Under the pieces are notes generated by a model. That model did not search any database. It was not told where the DNA came from and worked only from the letters and a program-made list of their open reading frames with translations. Positions 30,939 to 39,182 of a DNA stretch of 64,000 bases are shown here, in pieces. The stretch is from Escherichia phage VTCCBPA_211. A program made the position numbers and the translations under genes. Each line of letters begins with the position of its first letter. The first letter of the stretch is position 1. The DNA is taken from sequence record PP989838.1; one strand, 5' to 3'.

Positions 30939-31104
30939 CTTCTGTAAGAAAGAAAAGCCGATCATCAATTTTAAGCCCAATCCTGTGACTGGTTTGTCTC
31001 ATGTTATGTGCCACTCCTGTAGGACATACCTTGAAACAAAGCACACTATCAATAGGTTGCACTATTATCACCCAACAACATTCAAATTTAAGGTTGTGAA
31101 ATGA
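30919..31104 (+). CDS. stand-alone zinc-finger protein resembling the N-terminus of the intron HNH endonuclease (61 aa)
   Basis: CSFCKKEKPIINF..VTGLSHVMCHSCR versus CRICKEDKSEDNF..VTGLDYRCKACR at 36144; RBS GGAG. Confidence 0.5.
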   Translation: MEKKVCSFCKKEKPIINFKPNPVTGLSHVMCHSCRTYLETKHTINRLHYYHPTTFKFKVVK

Positions 31105-31304
31105 AAACTTTGTGGACTCTTGACTGCCAAGACGAGGACGGAGAGCGTTGGACTTGGAAATATTTCCTAGGGAAACCGACACCTGATAATCCTGCTTTGG
31201 ATTGTGCTTCATATGAAGACGCCAAGAAATTGGTAAACGGAGAGAAAGTTCGGTCTCCGGATAATGAAGTTATGTACTTTTTAACAGAACGGAAATTTTC
31301 ATAA
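31101..31304 (+). CDS. hypothetical protein (67 aa)
   Basis: ATGA coupling; track ORF. Confidence 0.6.
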   Translation: MKTLWTLDCQDEDGERWTWKYFLGKPTPDNPALDCASYEDAKKLVNGEKVRSPDNEVMYFLTERKFS

Positions 31305-31627
31305 TGATCGATGGTAATACATTTAGGACTTCAAATGGAAGTGAAATAAGTCCCGCTGAAGTAATCAATCGGCATAGAAGGCAATTGATCATCCATTCCT
31401 ATTTGTATTACTGGTTGGATGACCCTATCTGGTCTGATGATAAATGGCAACAAGTTGCTAATGATCTAGTGGAGCTACAAGCCCTGTATCCAGAACCTAC
31501 CGGAGTCTTTGACAACGAGTTTAAAGATTGGGATGGTTCTACAGGTATGCATCTCCCACATAACGAAGCTGTTGCTTGTATGGCGACAGCTGTTTACAGA
31601 CTTCATAAAGAGGTTAACGTCGCATGA
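31304..31627 (+). CDS. protein resembling domain Ia of NAD-dependent DNA ligase (107 aa)
   Basis: RRQLIIHSYLYYWLDDPIWSDDKWQQVANDLVELQALYPE versus the LigA N-terminus L..H.YLYHV.D.P.I.D.EYD.L..EL..LE..HPE. Confidence 0.55.
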   Translation: MIDGNTFRTSNGSEISPAEVINRHRRQLIIHSYLYYWLDDPIWSDDKWQQVANDLVELQALYPEPTGVFDNEFKDWDGSTGMHLPHNEAVACMATAVYRLHKEVNVA

Positions 31628-31716
31628 GCGTAGTTTATGTTCTAGAAAGATACGCTGAAGATCGCAACAGTATTGTTGCCATATTTAAATATGCCCGGAT
31701 GTTGAGGACATTTTGA
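31624..31716 (+). CDS. small ORF (30 aa), possibly the 5' part of a frameshifted gene
   Basis: ATGA coupling; MSVVYVLERYAEDRNSIVAIFKYARMLRTF; the downstream -1 frame continues sensibly. Confidence 0.3.
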   Translation: MSVVYVLERYAEDRNSIVAIFKYARMLRTF

Positions 31717-31718
31717 AT

Positions 31719-31823
31719 GTGACTCACTTAACTGATGTTGATAAAATCAAAGACCTCATCAGGAATGACAATGCCCACATAGGTGACTCTCTGTGGTCTC
31801 TTACTGAATGGACATTGTGGTGA
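31719..31823 (+). CDS. small ORF (34 aa, GTG start), possibly the 3' part of a frameshifted gene
   Basis: VTHLTDVDKIKDLIRNDNAHIGDSLWSLTEWTLW; frame open back to 31692. Confidence 0.3.
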   Translation: MTHLTDVDKIKDLIRNDNAHIGDSLWSLTEWTLW

Positions 31824-32005
31824 AGTGCTCTAAATGTGAAGGAACAAACCTTCATTTAAGTAACAAGGTTATCAGAGAGCTTGCCAAAGGCTCTCCAACC
31901 AAAGGGAAGAACAAACGATTTACTAACGTCAGGGTTTACACAGCAATCTGTAAAGATTGTTTAACTACTGAGTGTCATTACGAAGAAATTGGAGAGCGTA
32001 AATGA
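31808..32005 (+). CDS. zinc-ribbon protein (65 aa)
   Basis: CSKCEG..CKDC; track ORF; ATGA coupling to phoH. Confidence 0.55.
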   Translation: MDIVVKCSKCEGTNLHLSNKVIRELAKGSPTKGKNKRFTNVRVYTAICKDCLTTECHYEEIGERK

Positions 32006-32745
32006 GTCGTCGTCAATCACGGAAAGAATCACGGAAAGACCTTCGTCGGGAAGCACTTGTCACTCGTAAGGGTAAGCGAGAGTTTGAAGAGGTGGTTTTA
32101 GCAAAGCCTGTAGTCCCTCAGAACCAGTTTCAGTCTGAGCTACTCAATGCTATTAAGACTAAACAAGTTGTGTTCACAGACGCTCCTGCGGGCTGTGGTA
32201 AGACCTTTGTAATCACTTCCACAGTTATTGATGCACTGAAGAGCGGTAAGATTCAGAAGATCATTCTGAGTCGACCTTCGGTTGGCATGGGCAATTCTCT
32301 TGGGCTACTTCCGGGAGGAATGCGTGAGAAGTTTGAACCATACCTGATGCCTATCATTGATGTTATCACTCAGCGATATGGTAAGGGGTTCTATGAATGC
32401 CAACTTGGTAACAGTAACATTGAGTTCGTACCTCTGGAATATCTCCGTGGTCGTTCTTTCAATGATGCTATTGTTATTGTTGATGAGTTCCAGAATACCA
32501 CTAAAGATGAAGCCTTCTCAATCATGACTCGATTGGGAGAAACCTCTCAGCTGTTCTGCATGGGTGATACAAACCAGCATGATATGCGTGGTCGTGAGAG
32601 TGGTCTTACTTGGGCTACTAATTTTATTGATGAACACGATCTGTATGAGTTCGCTGAGATTGTAGACGGCGAATCAGATGACATTGTTCGTTCTGGTTTC
32701 TGTAAAGCCATTGTTAAAGCTATGGAAAAGGAACAAGATAAATGA
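32002..32745 (+). CDS. phoH: PhoH-like ATPase
   Basis: Walker A DAPAGCGKT, IVIVDEFQN, typical PhoH length. Confidence 0.9.
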   Translation: MSRRQSRKESRKDLRREALVTRKGKREFEEVVLAKPVVPQNQFQSELLNAIKTKQVVFTDAPAGCGKTFVITSTVIDALKSGKIQKIILSRPSVGMGNSLGLLPGGMREKFEPYLMPIIDVITQRYGKGFYECQLGNSNIEFVPLEYLRGRSFNDAIVIVDEFQNTTKDEAFSIMTRLGETSQLFCMGDTNQHDMRGRESGLTWATNFIDEHDLYEFAEIVDGESDDIVRSGFCKAIVKAMEKEQDK

Positions 32746-32927
32746 AAGTCGCTTTAGTTATCCGAGATTGTGGTGATGGTTCAGCAACCATCGACTTCTA
32801 CAAAAATATCGAACGAGCGTGTTTTGAGTGTGAAGAGTTCAATGAAGACACCTGCATGAATGATGGAGAACCTACTATCATTGACGTTCCTGATGATTTT
32901 GTACCACCGGGAGGGTGGAGTGAATAG
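32742..32927 (+). CDS. hypothetical acidic protein (61 aa)
   Basis: ATGA coupling; track ORF. Confidence 0.6.
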   Translation: MKVALVIRDCGDGSATIDFYKNIERACFECEEFNEDTCMNDGEPTIIDVPDDFVPPGGWSE

Positions 32928-33108
32928 CACTCAAGAGTTAGTGATAGAAGAGATTAAAGCTCAGATAGTTGATAAACTCTCTATCAGGGTTGATTCTAAA
33001 GACACCAAATGCTCTGGTATATTGAAGATAGAACTTCTTTACAATGGAGAAGTTATTTCCTTTGATGAGGTATATGCCTCTGATATTAAATACTTAGCAG
33101 AGTTTTAA
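32920..33108 (+). CDS. hypothetical protein (62 aa), GTG start
   Basis: GTG after GGGAGGG; internal start of track ORF 32860-33108. Confidence 0.45.
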   Translation: MNSTQELVIEEIKAQIVDKLSIRVDSKDTKCSGILKIELLYNGEVISFDEVYASDIKYLAEF

Positions 33109-33117
33109 TAGCATCCA

Positions 33118-33126
33118 TAATGTATA
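33118..33126 (+). promoter_or_regulatory. TAATGTATA element (putative phage-sigma promoter)
   Basis: Exact 9-mer, intergenic, 37 nt upstream of the 33163 start. Confidence 0.6.
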
Positions 33127-33162
33127 CTCCTTAGTGTACACTGATATATTAAGGAGTTTTAA

Positions 33163-33486
33163 ATGGCAGATCATGTAGGAAAGAGAGATTATGCACAAGA
33201 AAGACGTACCGCAATTGCCCGTGGTGAAACAGGCGTTGGGAGCAAGAGCGGAGATGCTCAGCGCCACCGTGCACGTCGCATCGTTGAAAAGCGCGATGGA
33301 AAAGCTGCTGTCAGAGGTAAAGATGTTGGACACAAACGAGCCATCAAGTCAGGAGGCTCTAATGCGTCAAGCAACTTACGTGTTGAAACAGTCAGCGGAA
33401 ATCGTTCAGCTGGCGGCAAAAGTGGAGATCGAGCTGGGAAGGCAGCTGGTGCTGCTAAGCGAAAAGGAGCTTTAAGCTCATCGTAA
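33163..33486 (+). CDS. highly basic protein with HNH-like core motif (107 aa)
   Basis: RBS TAAGGAG; GHKRAIKSGGSNASSNLRVETVSGNRS; flanked by a phage promoter and a strong terminator. Confidence 0.6.
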   Translation: MADHVGKRDYAQERRTAIARGETGVGSKSGDAQRHRARRIVEKRDGKAAVRGKDVGHKRAIKSGGSNASSNLRVETVSGNRSAGGKSGDRAGKAAGAAKRKGALSSS

Positions 33487-33489
33487 TAT

Positions 33490-33520
33490 AAGGCTACCCA
33501 AATGGGTGGCCTTTTCTTTT
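33490..33520 (+). terminator. rho-independent terminator
   Basis: AAGGCTACCC-AAAT-GGGTGGCCTT followed by TTCTTTT. Confidence 0.8.
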
Positions 33521-33554
33521 ATATAAACCAAATTAAACTTCTTAGGTAATAAAT

Positions 33555-33806
33555 ATGTCTATTGTAAAATCTGTAAATATCATTGATGTAATGTCTAACA
33601 ATCGTATGGTTAAATGGAAGTTCACCAATAATCACGGCATTGCTAATATCATTGCAAACCAGATTAGTCATAACCCAAAAACAGCTCGTACTAACGTAAT
33701 CCTACGTGGTGCTGATGGTAAATTCATTTCTTATAAGAATAAAGGTGTAGAGAAAGAATTCCGTGTTGCAGTAGAAAACCTCATCCCATTCCCTAAAGGA
33801 TTTTAA
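33555..33806 (+). CDS. hypothetical protein (83 aa), paralog of 33808-34092
   Basis: NPKTARTNVILRGADGKFISYKN..ENLIPFPKGF versus PHKTARTHVMLRDSKGKFISYRD..ESLMPFPKG. Confidence 0.65.
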   Translation: MSIVKSVNIIDVMSNNRMVKWKFTNNHGIANIIANQISHNPKTARTNVILRGADGKFISYKNKGVEKEFRVAVENLIPFPKGF

Positions 33807-33807
33807 T

Positions 33808-34092
33808 ATGAATAAATTAGCTATGGTTCAAATTCGAGACACTTTCCCTCTGCGTGAGAATATGAAACCACGCACTTGGTCTTACCTGCTAGCTGAGAGT
33901 AAGACTATCAACAAATATTTTGTAGAGATTGGTTGTATCCCAACCAGTATTACTTTGCTTCCTCATAAAACAGCTAGAACTCATGTGATGCTACGTGACA
34001 GCAAAGGTAAGTTTATCTCTTACCGTGATGAACGAATCAATAGCGATATCAAAAATGCTATGGAATCTTTAATGCCGTTCCCAAAAGGTTAA
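33808..34092 (+). CDS. hypothetical protein (94 aa), paralog of 33555-33806
   Basis: See the paralog motif; start 2 nt after the upstream stop. Confidence 0.65.
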   Translation: MNKLAMVQIRDTFPLRENMKPRTWSYLLAESKTINKYFVEIGCIPTSITLLPHKTARTHVMLRDSKGKFISYRDERINSDIKNAMESLMPFPKG

Positions 34093-34095
34093 GTT

Positions 34096-34254
34096 ATGAA
34101 AGAGTACATCTATGTAGGACAGCGCTGGTTTGGTGATGAATGGGAAGGTGGTTACAGCGTTGTGAAAGCTTTTAAGTCTGAAGAAGATGCCAAGGCATGG
34201 GTCTTAAAAGATGACGTTGGCGAGAGAACTTACATTGAAGTAGAGGTGGAGTAA
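34096..34254 (+). CDS. hypothetical small protein (52 aa)
   Basis: Hand translation MKEYIYVGQRWFGDEWEGGYSVVKAFKSEEDAKAWVLKDD.. Confidence 0.45.
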   Translation: MKEYIYVGQRWFGDEWEGGYSVVKAFKSEEDAKAWVLKDDVGERTYIEVEVE

Positions 34255-34255
34255 A

Positions 34256-34678
34256 ATGCCATTACCAACTAGACACCAAAACCGTTTCCTAGTTCTTAAG
34301 TGGGATGATATCGAAATGAATCTCACTGAACATGAACTGGATTTGTTCCATGAGCTTTTGTCAGAGATTCGCTCTGGTATTCCTGAACGTCAGTATGTAG
34401 TTATCAGTGATAAACATCCTCAAGAGTTTGAAGAAGCTTGGGGTATGAAGTTAGCTTACATTCAGAGAGCTATCCGAGAAAGAGAAGAAGTCGCTAACCA
34501 AAGGGTTGTGGCTCATTTAGTACGAGAGCAACCTCGTGAAGCTAGGGCTAACCATGCACCACCTCCACCTACTCCTCGGATAGTTGTTAACGGGGCGGTT
34601 AGGGCTTACAGTTATGAAGCTACCATATCAGATATGATAGAAGATAACCAAGCATTTACAGATTTACTTTACCAATAA
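34256..34678 (+). CDS. hypothetical protein (140 aa)
   Basis: Start 2 nt after the upstream stop; track ORF. Confidence 0.65.
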   Translation: MPLPTRHQNRFLVLKWDDIEMNLTEHELDLFHELLSEIRSGIPERQYVVISDKHPQEFEEAWGMKLAYIQRAIREREEVANQRVVAHLVREQPREARANHAPPPPTPRIVVNGAVRAYSYEATISDMIEDNQAFTDLLYQ

Positions 34679-34694
34679 TTTAAAGGAGTATAAA

Positions 34695-36040
34695 GTGAGC
34701 AACCCGGACGCTCTTCCATTTTTGACAGAGATGACTGTCGCTGATATAATCTCTAAGCAAGCAAAGCACGGAGTGAGTTTCAACCGAAGAAATGCTCGGT
34801 GGTATGTTCACCTCCTTAAAGAGATTATTGTTAATATTGACAGAGAGTTGATTCCTCTCTTACCTAAGATGAGATTAGACGGCTCTACTTATATGAAGCC
34901 GTTTAAGAAGTCTGGAGCTTTACAGAAGTGGCCTCAAGCTTATTGTGATAGGGTTGGGCTGAAGAGAGAAGATATTGGTGGAGCTTTCACCTGTGTCGAA
35001 TATGTAGACTTTGACCCATCGAAAGATGCACGAGTTAAAGAAGCTCTTATGGATGAGGGCTTTCTTCCTCCAGAGTTTAATGTATCTAAGAAGCCTTGGA
35101 ATACTTTCGAAATTAAGAAAGATATGAGAAAGTATGGAACATACCAAGCATGGTATACTGCTTGGATGCGAGGCAATGCTAAGCAGAAGCAGACAGCCGA
35201 GATGGTTGACGCTGATATTAAGAAGTTCTTAGAAAAGCATTTCAGGTTTAAAACTAAGAACTATATGAAGGCTTACGTATTTGGTTTGGGATTAAACCCT
35301 AATCGTCGTAATCCTGTAACGTTTGATGAGATTAAGAAAGCGCTAGCCACATCAAACAAGTGGCCTACAGCTCCTACAAACCTCGAGGAGACTCTTGAAG
35401 AAGGGTTAGGGGGTGAGCTAGGGAGTGTCGGAAGTTTGCTTAAGAGACGCGTTGTAGCGGCTCACAGGCTAGGTCTTATCAGTGGACTTATAGCAAAGGA
35501 ACGCGAAGATGGTAAACTTTCGGCAGAAGCTAACAGCTGCGCTACGCCGACTTTTCGATTCAAACATCGTATCGTGGTTAATATTCCCTCCCGTGGTCTG
35601 TTTGGTCACGAGTGTCGCAGTTTGTTTGAGTCTGACTATAACTCAGACAGTGATCACTCTCGTCCTTTCGTTATTACTAACGCTGTTCCTGATGGTTGTT
35701 ATATACGAAAAGGTACTAACGTAATTTACGAGAAAGGTAAGCCGGGGAAGAAAGACAAACCTGTAGGCGCTTACAAATATTACATACCCGCTGGTAAAGA
35801 AGTATTCTTAGGGTATGATGGTTCTGGACTTGAACTTCGTATGTTAGTGCATTATCTTGTGAAAGAGTGCCTTGACATGATGGAAGAAGCCAAAGCAGAG
35901 AACGATAAAATTAAGTATCTAAGGGCTGAGAAAGGTTTAGAGGCTGCTTATACTTATCGAGAGGTTCTTCTCTCAGGTGATATCCATTCCCACAACCAGA
36001 AACTAGCTGGCCTACCAACTAGAGATAATGCAAAGACGTT
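34695..36040 (+). CDS. family-A DNA polymerase (polymerase domain), exon 1, GTG start
   Basis: RBS AAAGGAG; ends ..LPTRDNAKT(F), the first half of motif B (RxxAKxxxYGxxYG). Confidence 0.85.
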
Positions 36041-36728
36041 TAACACAATGGGCGTCTATAAATTCCTTTAATTCGGTGGACATCTAGAACAGATAATACC
36101 GAGCCAAGCCATCCAATCTGCCTTGAAGACAAGGAGGTGGATTATGATTTGCAGGATTTGTAAAGAAGATAAAAGCGAAGACAATTTCCACAGAAACAGA
36201 ACAAACGTGACTGGACTAGACTACAGGTGTAAAGCTTGTAGGAGAGAAGAAGCACGAATTGGAAGAGAGAGCAATTACTTCCAACACTACTGTAGAGGAA
36301 AGAAATCTGAATGTAAGATAAAGGGTTATGATTTTGACTTAACTCCAGAGTTCTTAGAAGAGATTTGGACAGGATATTGTCCAATATTTGGTGTAGAAAT
36401 CTCAAGAGCTTCGGAAGGAAGAGGATCTCACAACTCAGCACATTTGGACAGAATAGATTCAAGTAAGGGTTACCTAATAGGTAACGTATCTTGGATTAGC
36501 GGCAGAGCAAACCGTATAAAATATGATGCTACTGCTAAAGAGCTTAGATCTATTGCAGATTGGATGGAAGGTGTAACGACTAGTCGTGATGAGTTTAGCG
36601 ACGTAGGGCCAAGCGGCTCGAAACAAGGAACCTCTTAAAAGAGGAAGAGATAGTCTGCTCTGCATGGGGACATGCAGCAGTTCATAAGAGAACGGGGGGA
36701 GTGGTAGCGTACTCCCTTGAACATCAGG
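36041..36728 (+). mobile_element. group I intron in DNA polymerase motif B (T4 td-like core)
   Basis: P1: exon AGACGTT pairs with GGCGTCT; starts TAACACAATGG; ATAGTCTGCTCTGCATGGGGACATGCAGC nearly identical to the T4 td intron core as I recall it; ends ..GAACATCAGG. Confidence 0.8.
36144..36638 (+). CDS. intron-encoded HNH homing endonuclease (164 aa)
   Basis: RBS AAGGAGGTGG; N-terminal CxxC..CxxC; HNSAHLDRIDSSKGYLIGNVSWISGRANRIK. Confidence 0.85.
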   Translation: MICRICKEDKSEDNFHRNRTNVTGLDYRCKACRREEARIGRESNYFQHYCRGKKSECKIKGYDFDLTPEFLEEIWTGYCPIFGVEISRASEGRGSHNSAHLDRIDSSKGYLIGNVSWISGRANRIKYDATAKELRSIADWMEGVTTSRDEFSDVGPSGSKQGTS

Positions 36729-37227
36729 TATCTATGGATTTCTATATGGGGCAGGCGCAGCTAAGATTGGAGAGATTGTTGGAGGAGGCGCTCAAGAGGG
36801 TGAAATTCTCAGAGAACGTTTCTTAGCAGAATGCCCTTGTATCCCAATTGTCTTGGAGAGAGTACAAGCTCGTGCAGAAACAGGCACTCTTGAAGGTGTG
36901 GATGGTCGTAAGTTGACCATGAGACGGGATGCCACTGGTAAAGTTATGGTTCATAAAGCACTAAACACTTTACTTCAGAGTGCGGGTGCTATTGTCATGA
37001 AATATTCTATTCTCTTCACAAACAAGTGGGTAGATCAGCAGAACATTAGGGGTAACAAAGTAATTGACTACCATGATGAAGCTCAGTGGTCTGTTAACCG
37101 TAACGATGTTGATAAGATGAAAAAGATAGCTGAGACTTGTGTCAAGAAGGCGGGTGAGTACCTAAACATGCACTGTGAGCTAGCTTCTGATTGTAAAATC
37201 GGACTGAATTGGATGCAAACTCACTAA
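36729..37227 (+). CDS. family-A DNA polymerase, exon 2
   Basis: Splice restores RDNAKTF-IYGFLYGAGAAKIG (motif B); then motif C region VIDYHDEAQW; total 614 aa in frame. Confidence 0.85.
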
Positions 37228-37296
37228 ACACAGAACTGAAAGAATAGAATACAAATGAACTAGTCTTATTGATTAGTTCATAATAAGGAGATTGAA

Positions 37297-37425
37297 GTGG
37301 AAGAGATGCCATCGGATTGGTGTTATCGTCAGAGCGCCATCTGTAATGAACAAGGACGTCCTGATGAAGCTGAGTTTTATTTAGAACTAGCTGAACTGTG
37401 GAAAGAACGAGAGGAGAAAGAGTGA
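37297..37425 (+). CDS. hypothetical small protein (42 aa), GTG start
   Basis: RBS TAAGGAG 5 nt upstream; hand translation. Confidence 0.4.
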   Translation: MEEMPSDWCYRQSAICNEQGRPDEAEFYLELAELWKEREEKE

Positions 37426-37592
37426 TGGAAGGTATCTACCGTAAGCCACCTCCGAAGTATAACATCCTTTACACTGACGCAACAGGTGAGTTTAGAAGTG
37501 TGTTAGTTTACACGGATGAAGAACGAAACCAAATGGTTGCTGCTATTGAAGCCAATGGTGGTACAATCATGCGAATTTATAACATAACATAA
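37425..37592 (+). CDS. hypothetical small protein (55 aa)
   Basis: TGATG overlap; internal ATG of track ORF 37398-37592. Confidence 0.5.
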   Translation: MEGIYRKPPPKYNILYTDATGEFRSVLVYTDEERNQMVAAIEANGGTIMRIYNIT

Positions 37593-37601
37593 GGAATATC
37601 A

Positions 37602-37778
37602 ATGACTGCTTCTGAATTAAAAGAAACCCTATCCACCGAAGAAGGTAAAGCTTTCTTCTTATCTCAAGTACACTCTATGGGTAAAGATGCCCTTCGCCAA
37701 GCAGTCGTTGAGCTTACTGGTGTAGTGATTGACTTGAGTATTGAAAACGAAACACTTGAAGCTAAAGTGAACAGTTAA
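37602..37778 (+). CDS. hypothetical small protein (58 aa)
   Basis: RBS AAGGAA; hand translation MTASELKETLSTEEGKAFF.. Confidence 0.5.
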   Translation: MTASELKETLSTEEGKAFFLSQVHSMGKDALRQAVVELTGVVIDLSIENETLEAKVNS

Positions 37779-37783
37779 ATAAG

Positions 37784-37808
37784 AAGCTGCCTTCGGGCGG
37801 CTTTTCTT
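37784..37808 (+). terminator. rho-independent terminator (UUCG tetraloop)
   Basis: AAGCTGCC-TTCG-GGCGGCTT followed by TTCTT. Confidence 0.85.
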
Positions 37809-37824
37809 GTCTAAAGGATTTGAC

Positions 37825-38217
37825 ATGAATATTGGTTTAGATTACGATGACACTTACACCTCAGATAAAAAGCTGTGGCGCTCTGTGGTGGCATTAATGC
37901 AAGAAAAGGGCTACGATGTACGCTTTGTAACTTATCGCTTTGCAGAGCCTAATGGGTATGATAATTATGACATTAAGATTGATGCAGAGTGTTTGCAGAT
38001 TCCTATCATCTTTTGTAATGGTGTGCAGAAGGATGAGGTGTGTCGACAGTTAGGTTTCTTCGTCGATATCTGGATTGATGACTTCCCTGTTGGAATCCCC
38101 AAAAAGGACCACCTAGACGGTATGCTGAAGGGCGTAAGACTTAATGACCTTAGGGCAGCACCTCCTGTAGAAATAGCCGCTCCTGTGTACTCTGAAGAGC
38201 CTCTGGTTATACGTTAA
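37825..38217 (+). CDS. HAD-superfamily phosphatase-like protein (possible deoxynucleotidase, 130 aa)
   Basis: N-terminal IGLDYDDT (DxDxT) and late IWIDDFP motif; RBS AAAGGA. Confidence 0.55.
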   Translation: MNIGLDYDDTYTSDKKLWRSVVALMQEKGYDVRFVTYRFAEPNGYDNYDIKIDAECLQIPIIFCNGVQKDEVCRQLGFFVDIWIDDFPVGIPKKDHLDGMLKGVRLNDLRAAPPVEIAAPVYSEEPLVIR

Positions 38218-38229
38218 TAAGGAAATTAA

Positions 38230-38451
38230 ATGATTTGGATTCACACTTATAGAATTGGGAAGAAAGGGCTTACTACTATTCACACATCTGAAGATAGTGC
38301 TAAAGCATCTCAGGCTGTACTGAAAGGAAAAATCACACCTTATGTAGTCGCTGAAGAAAAGAAGAGTCCTCCAGTTCTGGAATACTTAGGAACAGGTAAA
38401 GCTTATACAGCACTGGATGTTATTAACAATAAACAAGGAGATGTGGCATAA
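38230..38451 (+). CDS. hypothetical protein (73 aa)
   Basis: RBS AAGGAA; track ORF. Confidence 0.6.
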   Translation: MIWIHTYRIGKKGLTTIHTSEDSAKASQAVLKGKITPYVVAEEKKSPPVLEYLGTGKAYTALDVINNKQGDVA

Positions 38452-38453
38452 AA

Positions 38454-38669
38454 ATGGAATACATTGATAAATACTCAAGTGAAGATTCAACAGACGCTGA
38501 AGTTTTGTTCATACTAAAAACTGACTGTCTTGAACATGGTCAACTTATCAATTTCATTGAGTTGGCAAAACTTAAAGAAGAGATAGATCAACTATACAGT
38601 GATGAGCAATCCAGATTACTTTCTCTATCCCTTCTAGGTGATTTAACTTGCGACGGGTGCACTATCTAA
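38454..38669 (+). CDS. hypothetical acidic protein (71 aa)
   Basis: Start 2 nt after the upstream stop; track ORF. Confidence 0.6.
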   Translation: MEYIDKYSSEDSTDAEVLFILKTDCLEHGQLINFIELAKLKEEIDQLYSDEQSRLLSLSLLGDLTCDGCTI

Positions 38670-38678
38670 GAGGTCTTT

Positions 38679-39182
38679 ATGGCTGAAGTTTATTTTGCAG
38701 GGGATGGTCACTTAGGCCATCGCAACATCTGTAGTTTTCGTAAGCAATTTAAAACCATCGAAGAACACGACAAAGCAATCCTAGCTGCATTTGATCATGT
38801 AACTAAGCGTGATAAAATCTTCTTTACCGGTGATTGGGTGTTTGAAAAGTATGCCCTTGATATCATCGCTGAAGTAAGAGGAGAGAAGCATCTAGTCTTA
38901 GGGAACCATGACAGGTTAGAACTTCTCCCTGATATGATGAAAGTCTTCCGTAGAATCTCTGGTGATTATAAATATAAAGAGTTTTGGGTAACTCATATTC
39001 CTATTCACACTGATGAGATGAGAGGGAAGTTTAATATTTATGCTCATACTCATAACCACGTAATTGATGATTGGAGATATTTCTGTACATCAATGGAGCA
39101 AATTAACTATAAAGCTGTTTCTCTGCAAGAGATTAGGAAGGTCTTTGATGAAAGAAGAAAAGAACAAGATCTCATTATTTAA
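38679..39182 (+). CDS. metallophosphoesterase (calcineurin-like, 167 aa)
   Basis: GDGHLGH, FFTGDW, LGNHD, HTH motifs. Confidence 0.75.
   Translation: MAEVYFAGDGHLGHRNICSFRKQFKTIEEHDKAILAAFDHVTKRDKIFFTGDWVFEKYALDIIAEVRGEKHLVLGNHDRLELLPDMMKVFRRISGDYKYKEFWVTHIPIHTDEMRGKFNIYAHTHNHVIDDWRYFCTSMEQINYKAVSLQEIRKVFDERRKEQDLII

Noticed and set aside
33191-33475. Alternative-frame 94-aa ORF overlapping 33163-33486
   Set aside because: The 33163 frame has the strong RBS directly downstream of the promoter element. The alternative frame has none.
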